Shown: in pieces, positions 59,817 through 64,000 of the stretch
Numbering within the stretch: position 1 is the first letter of the stretch
How the letters are laid out: the number at the start of each line of letters is the position of its first letter
NCBI GenBank assembly: GCA_050949315.1
Contig: JBMNFL010000001.1
Span: 768,001-832,000 of the forward strand
Source of the DNA: Bacilli bacterium
GTDB lineage: Bacteria > Bacillota_I > Bacilli_A > RFN20 > UBA1709
DNA length: 64,000 bases
Direction of reading: 5' to 3'
The notes under the pieces: model-generated
The model's input: the letters and a program-made list of their open reading frames with translations, nothing else
What the model was told of the DNA's origin: nothing
Databases searched by the model: none
Program-made: the position numbers and the translations under genes

Positions 59817-60836
59817 ATGCTAAAAGACAAAAAAACAAAGGATACACCAAAAGAAGTTAAGGTGGTAAAAAGAAGTAGAAAACCTAGGGTTGTCAAAGAA
59901 GATGATTTATTTTATTTCATTGATAGCGACACTATAAAATCAGAAAAAATTACCGCGCCGCGTTACTCTTATTGGCGCTCGGTATTTAAAGTATTCTTTA
60001 AGAAAAAAACTAATATTGTCCTTTTATCTTCTTTGATATTAATGATTCTTGTGGCATTAATATTCCCATTGTTTTGTCCTTATAATCCAAATGAAAACGT
60101 TAATCTAACAGATTCTTACAATCAAAGTCCAGCAGCGGCGATGAATATGTTTGGTGGTTTTTCTTTGAAATATCTTTTGGGAACAGGTTCCATAGGCAAT
60201 TCGATTTTTTATGGTATTTGGGCTTCAACACAGACATCAATTTTACTAGCTATTGTTTGTGCAACCATCAACATGACAGTGGGCATTATTTTAGGCGCTG
60301 TTTGGGGTTATTCGAAAAAATTCGATGCCGTTATGATGGTTATTTATAATATTGTCGCCAATGTTCCCTATATTTTAGTTGTTTCTGTCTTAGTTTATGT
60401 CATCGGCAGTGGCTTCTGGTCTTTTGTACTAGCCATGACAATGACAGGCTGGATGGGCATTGCCTATTTCTTTAGAACACAGGTCATTATTATTCGTGAC
60501 CGAGAATATAACCTCGCTTCTAAATGTTTAGGAACGCCAATTGTTCGGGTAGTAACCAAGAACGTTCTTCCATTCTTAACTTCGGTTATTGTCACAATAT
60601 TAGCTAGTGAACTACCATCTTACATTGGAGCTGAAGTGTTCTTATCATACATTGGTATTGGTTTAAGCGCCACGGTGCCTTCCTTAGGGCGGATGATTCA
60701 AGAAGCCCAAACGGCCTTTATCATGTTCCCGTGGGCCTTTTGGCCGCCTGTTGCCATCGCTTCGATTGTAACGATTATCTTGTATGTCGTAGGTCAGAAT
60801 CTTGCTGATGCTTCTGATCCAAGGACACATATGTAG
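59817..60836 (+). CDS. oppC: Oligopeptide ABC permease (AmiD/OppC type)
   Basis: YSYWRSVF, RDREYNLASKCLG, PSLG.MI, GQNLADASDPRTHM. Confidence 0.92.
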   Translation: MLKDKKTKDTPKEVKVVKRSRKPRVVKEDDLFYFIDSDTIKSEKITAPRYSYWRSVFKVFFKKKTNIVLLSSLILMILVALIFPLFCPYNPNENVNLTDSYNQSPAAAMNMFGGFSLKYLLGTGSIGNSIFYGIWASTQTSILLAIVCATINMTVGIILGAVWGYSKKFDAVMMVIYNIVANVPYILVVSVLVYVIGSGFWSFVLAMTMTGWMGIAYFFRTQVIIIRDREYNLASKCLGTPIVRVVTKNVLPFLTSVIVTILASELPSYIGAEVFLSYIGIGLSATVPSLGRMIQEAQTAFIMFPWAFWPPVAIASIVTIILYVVGQNLADASDPRTHM

Positions 60837-60848
60837 GGGGTGCGTAAA

Positions 60849-62660
60849 ATGGAAGAAAAGAAAGTTTTACTTAACCTCAGACACGTAGATGTCAAGTTCA
60901 ATGTTCGGGGTCGTATTCTAACAGCGATTCGTGACGTGACTTTACAGGTATATGAAAATGAATCTTTAGCCATTGTTGGTGAGTCAGGTTCAGGGAAATC
61001 GGTTTTAACCAAAACCTTTGCCGGTATGCTGGATTCCAATGGCTTTATCAGCCATGGGACTATCATTTTTAAAGATGATGAAATTTCTAAAACCTCGGTA
61101 GAGATGGATAAAATAAATACCCTTATTTATCAAAAAATATTAAAGAAAATCAATCTTTATTCAACCTATGAACGAGGAGGCGCTGAGTATAAGGCGATTG
61201 AAAAACTCAAAGAGGAAATTTTACAGGCTCAAAGTTTAAGTGCGGAAGAACTTGAAAAATATGCTGAAACCAATAAAGAAATCAGTGACGAATTGATTGA
61301 TTTAAGGAATTATATGGATACCCTATCGCGAAGGGATGAACACGATGCTTTAGAGTTAGAAGAATCGCAGGAACGTTTTAAAGAACTAATTGCTCAACAG
61401 CAGGAATTAGAAAAAGAACGCGATGAAAAAGTTGCTAAACGCAAGGCTGATTATGAGGCCAATACGCAGTTAAAGGCTGAACATCAACAAAGATTACACG
61501 AACTTGAAGAAGCCCGTCGCTTAAAAATCGCTGGCGATGACTTGGAAGATAATGGCAATCCTTATAAGTTGAGTGATACCATTATTAAACGTAATGATAT
61601 TTGGGCCAAAGAGGTTGTTTTATCTATTGGCCGTTATCCTATTTATACAAAAATTCGCTTTTATTTTAAACTTTCTAAAGCCTTCAAAGAGGCTTTAACC
61701 AAGGGCACAGATTTTAGTAAAGAAAAAAGAGTTAATCGCATTTTTGAGAACGCGACTTTTAGGGTGCAATATCAAGGTTGTAGTGAGGATGGTAAGACTC
61801 TGCATGGCTATGCCATCATTGACTGTGCCAAGATTAAATACGCCAAAGACTGGCAAAGAATCAGAGGTCGTAGGATTGCTACCATATTCCAAGACCCCAT
61901 GACTTCACTAAACCCAGTTATCCCTATTGGTAAGCAAATTATTACCATTATTCTCAAGCATCAAAAGTGTGGTTATTCAGAGGCAAAACAACGAGCTTTA
62001 GAAATTATGCAAGATGTGGGCATTCCTGATCCAAAAGGCCGCTTCAATGATTATCCTTTCCAATATTCAGGCGGTATGCGTCAGAGAATAGTTATTGCGA
62101 TTGCACTATCTTGTCAACCGAAGATTTTGATTTGTGACGAACCAACGACCGCACTTGATGTCACCATTCAAGCACAAATTATTCGCTTGATTAAGGACTT
62201 GCAGAAAAAGTTTGGCTTTACAACTGTTTATATTACCCATGACTTGGGCGTTGTAGCTAACGTAGCGGAAAGAGTCGCGGTTTTATATGCGGGACAAATT
62301 GTAGAAATTGGTTCAGTAGAAGACATTTTCTATAATCCTAAACACCCCTATACCTGGGCGCTTCTTTCCTCGCTTCCCCAATTATCGGAACGCGGTAAAG
62401 AACTTTATTCAATTCCTGGAACCCCACCATCACTTTATAACAAAATTGTTGGTGATGCTTTTGCCTTGAGAAGTCAATATGCGCTGGCCATAGATTTAGT
62501 TAAAGAAGCTCCGATGATGGAAGTTAGTGAGGGGCACTTTGCTAAAACTTGGCTTTTAGATCCACGGGCTCCGAAAGTTGAAGCACCCGAAAATATTCAA
62601 AATCTCCATGAAAAAATGCTCAAAGTTCACGCCGGTTTTGAAGATGAGGAGGCCTTATAA
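60849..62660 (+). CDS. oppD: Oligopeptide ABC ATPase OppD with a large internal insertion
   Basis: [44 protein letters not shown]. Confidence 0.92.
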   Translation: MEEKKVLLNLRHVDVKFNVRGRILTAIRDVTLQVYENESLAIVGESGSGKSVLTKTFAGMLDSNGFISHGTIIFKDDEISKTSVEMDKINTLIYQKILKKINLYSTYERGGAEYKAIEKLKEEILQAQSLSAEELEKYAETNKEISDELIDLRNYMDTLSRRDEHDALELEESQERFKELIAQQQELEKERDEKVAKRKADYEANTQLKAEHQQRLHELEEARRLKIAGDDLEDNGNPYKLSDTIIKRNDIWAKEVVLSIGRYPIYTKIRFYFKLSKAFKEALTKGTDFSKEKRVNRIFENATFRVQYQGCSEDGKTLHGYAIIDCAKIKYAKDWQRIRGRRIATIFQDPMTSLNPVIPIGKQIITIILKHQKCGYSEAKQRALEIMQDVGIPDPKGRFNDYPFQYSGGMRQRIVIAIALSCQPKILICDEPTTALDVTIQAQIIRLIKDLQKKFGFTTVYITHDLGVVANVAERVAVLYAGQIVEIGSVEDIFYNPKHPYTWALLSSLPQLSERGKELYSIPGTPPSLYNKIVGDAFALRSQYALAIDLVKEAPMMEVSEGHFAKTWLLDPRAPKVEAPENIQNLHEKMLKVHAGFEDEEAL

Positions 62661-63613
62661 TGGAACAAGAAAAAAGAGAAATAGTTTTACAGGTTAAAAA
62701 CATTGATATTGTTTTTGGCAGTGGGAAAAATGCCTTTAAGGCCATTGATAATGTTTCTTTTGATATTTATAAAGGGGAAACCTTAGCGTTAGTTGGAGAA
62801 TCAGGTTCGGGTAAGACCACCATTGGACGAGCCATCGTCCGAATCAATCCATTAGCCGCGGGCGAAATTCTTTATAAAGGTGAACGCATTTCGGGTAGAT
62901 TATCTAAAGGAAAAGACCGTGAAGTAATTCGTAAATTACAGATGATTTTCCAAGATCCTGCCGCCTCTTTAAATGAGCGGGCGACAATTGAATACATTAT
63001 TTCTGAAGGTCTTTATAACTTCCGCCTTTTTAAGGATGAAAAAGAAAGAATTGAAAAAATTGAAAACATTATTAGAGAAGTTGGCTTGTTGCCTGAGCAT
63101 TTAACAAGATATCCTCACGAATTTTCGGGTGGTCAAAGACAAAGAATTGGTATTGCTAGATCTATTGTTATGGAACCCGAGTTTATCGTGGCTGATGAAC
63201 CGATATCCGCTTTGGATGTTTCTATTAGAGCCCAAGTTTTAAATTTATTAAGGAAATTCCAAATTGAAAGAGATTTAACCTATTTATTTATCGCCCACGA
63301 TCTTTCTATCGTTCGTTTTATCAGTGATCGTATTATCGTTATCTATAAGGGTAAATTAATGGAAATTGCCGAAACCGAAGAACTTTTCAAATATCCTTTG
63401 CACCCCTATACTAGATCTTTAATCTCTGCGATTCCGGTTCCTGATCCCATCATTGAAAAGAGCAAAAAACTCTTTGTCTATGATCCCAGTCTTCATGATT
63501 ATAGTTCTTCTAAACCGGAACTAGTTGATATTGGTGGCGGACACTTTGTCTATGGTAATGAAGAAGAAATTGCTAGATACAAAGCTTGGCGTTTTAGAAA
63601 AGAGGCTAAATAA
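62660..63613 (+). CDS. oppF: Oligopeptide ABC ATPase OppF
   Basis: [46 protein letters not shown]. Confidence 0.94.
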   Translation: MEQEKREIVLQVKNIDIVFGSGKNAFKAIDNVSFDIYKGETLALVGESGSGKTTIGRAIVRINPLAAGEILYKGERISGRLSKGKDREVIRKLQMIFQDPAASLNERATIEYIISEGLYNFRLFKDEKERIEKIENIIREVGLLPEHLTRYPHEFSGGQRQRIGIARSIVMEPEFIVADEPISALDVSIRAQVLNLLRKFQIERDLTYLFIAHDLSIVRFISDRIIVIYKGKLMEIAETEELFKYPLHPYTRSLISAIPVPDPIIEKSKKLFVYDPSLHDYSSSKPELVDIGGGHFVYGNEEEIARYKAWRFRKEAK

Positions 63614-63637
63614 CTAATCTCGTGATTAGTTATTTTT
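63612..63637 (+). terminator. Terminator after oppF
   Basis: AACTAATC-TCGT-GATTAGTT followed by ATTTTT. Confidence 0.65.
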
Positions 63638-63652
63638 ACGGAGTGAGCAGAA

Positions 63653-64000
63653 ATGCCGATTAATGATGAGCATCAAGAAATAGAGGTTCAAAAGTATTCA
63701 CGAAAAGGATTAATTATTCGTGCTATCTTTTTTGTGATTGCCTTAACGGTTGCTGTTGTAAGTTTTGCTCGCGCTATTAATTCCTGCTCCGAAAAGAAGC
63801 CGGGTTATTATAAAATAGAATTAAAAGAAGATGAAGAAGCACCCTTTTATGGGGCCGGAGTTAAGTTTGAATATTATTTAGATGGTGAGAGTAGTGAAAT
63901 TAAAATAGCTTTAAAAAATTTAAAAAATGTTTATTCATTAGCCTTAAAACAAGCCTATATTTTAGTTGATGCGGAAAATACTTATGAAGTTTATAAAAAC
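63653..64000 (+). CDS. Membrane-anchored exported protein, 3' truncated by window (possibly ApbE-like)
   Basis: Open frame MPINDEHQEIEVQKYSRKGLIIRAIFFVIALTVAVVSF..PGYYKIE.. to the window end; one TM; not in the ORF track because it has no stop; product guess is weak. Confidence 0.6.
   Translation, partial: MPINDEHQEIEVQKYSRKGLIIRAIFFVIALTVAVVSFARAINSCSEKKPGYYKIELKEDEEAPFYGAGVKFEYYLDGESSEIKIALKNLKNVYSLALKQAYILVDAENTYEVYKN

Overview
Core-chromosome segment of a low-GC Gram-positive anaerobe (Bacilli, probably an Erysipelotrichales/RFN20-like uncultured lineage; this is inferred from gene content, and the standard genetic code is used). It holds tRNA-modification genes (miaA, tcdA, tgt-queA-queH, mnmG), rsmG, argS, metG, rpoE (delta), and purine and uracil permeases with a clear guanine riboswitch. 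Also present: yfhO, tdk, glycerate kinase, a MATE transporter, an apbE/NusG-II/Gx trio, fchA-fhs-folD, Na+-PPase, galU-PFOR, tandem MacB-like ABC fusions, parA-parB, pepS, rubrerythrin, ispF and an Ami-type opp operon. I saw no IS, prophage, CRISPR array, rRNA or tRNA. The most unusual items are: (1) a ~700-bp insert at 33.05-33.75 kb where an ORFan is bracketed by two structured minus-strand sRNA candidates; (2) an OppA that looks circularly permuted; (3) a Rex-like winged-helix protein lacking the NADH-sensor domain and split by a -1 frameshift at A-AAA-AAC; (4) a leader ORF that runs through a terminator into an EamA gene; (5) a pair of dispersed paralogous exported ORFans. All product calls come from motif recognition by eye; no searches were run.
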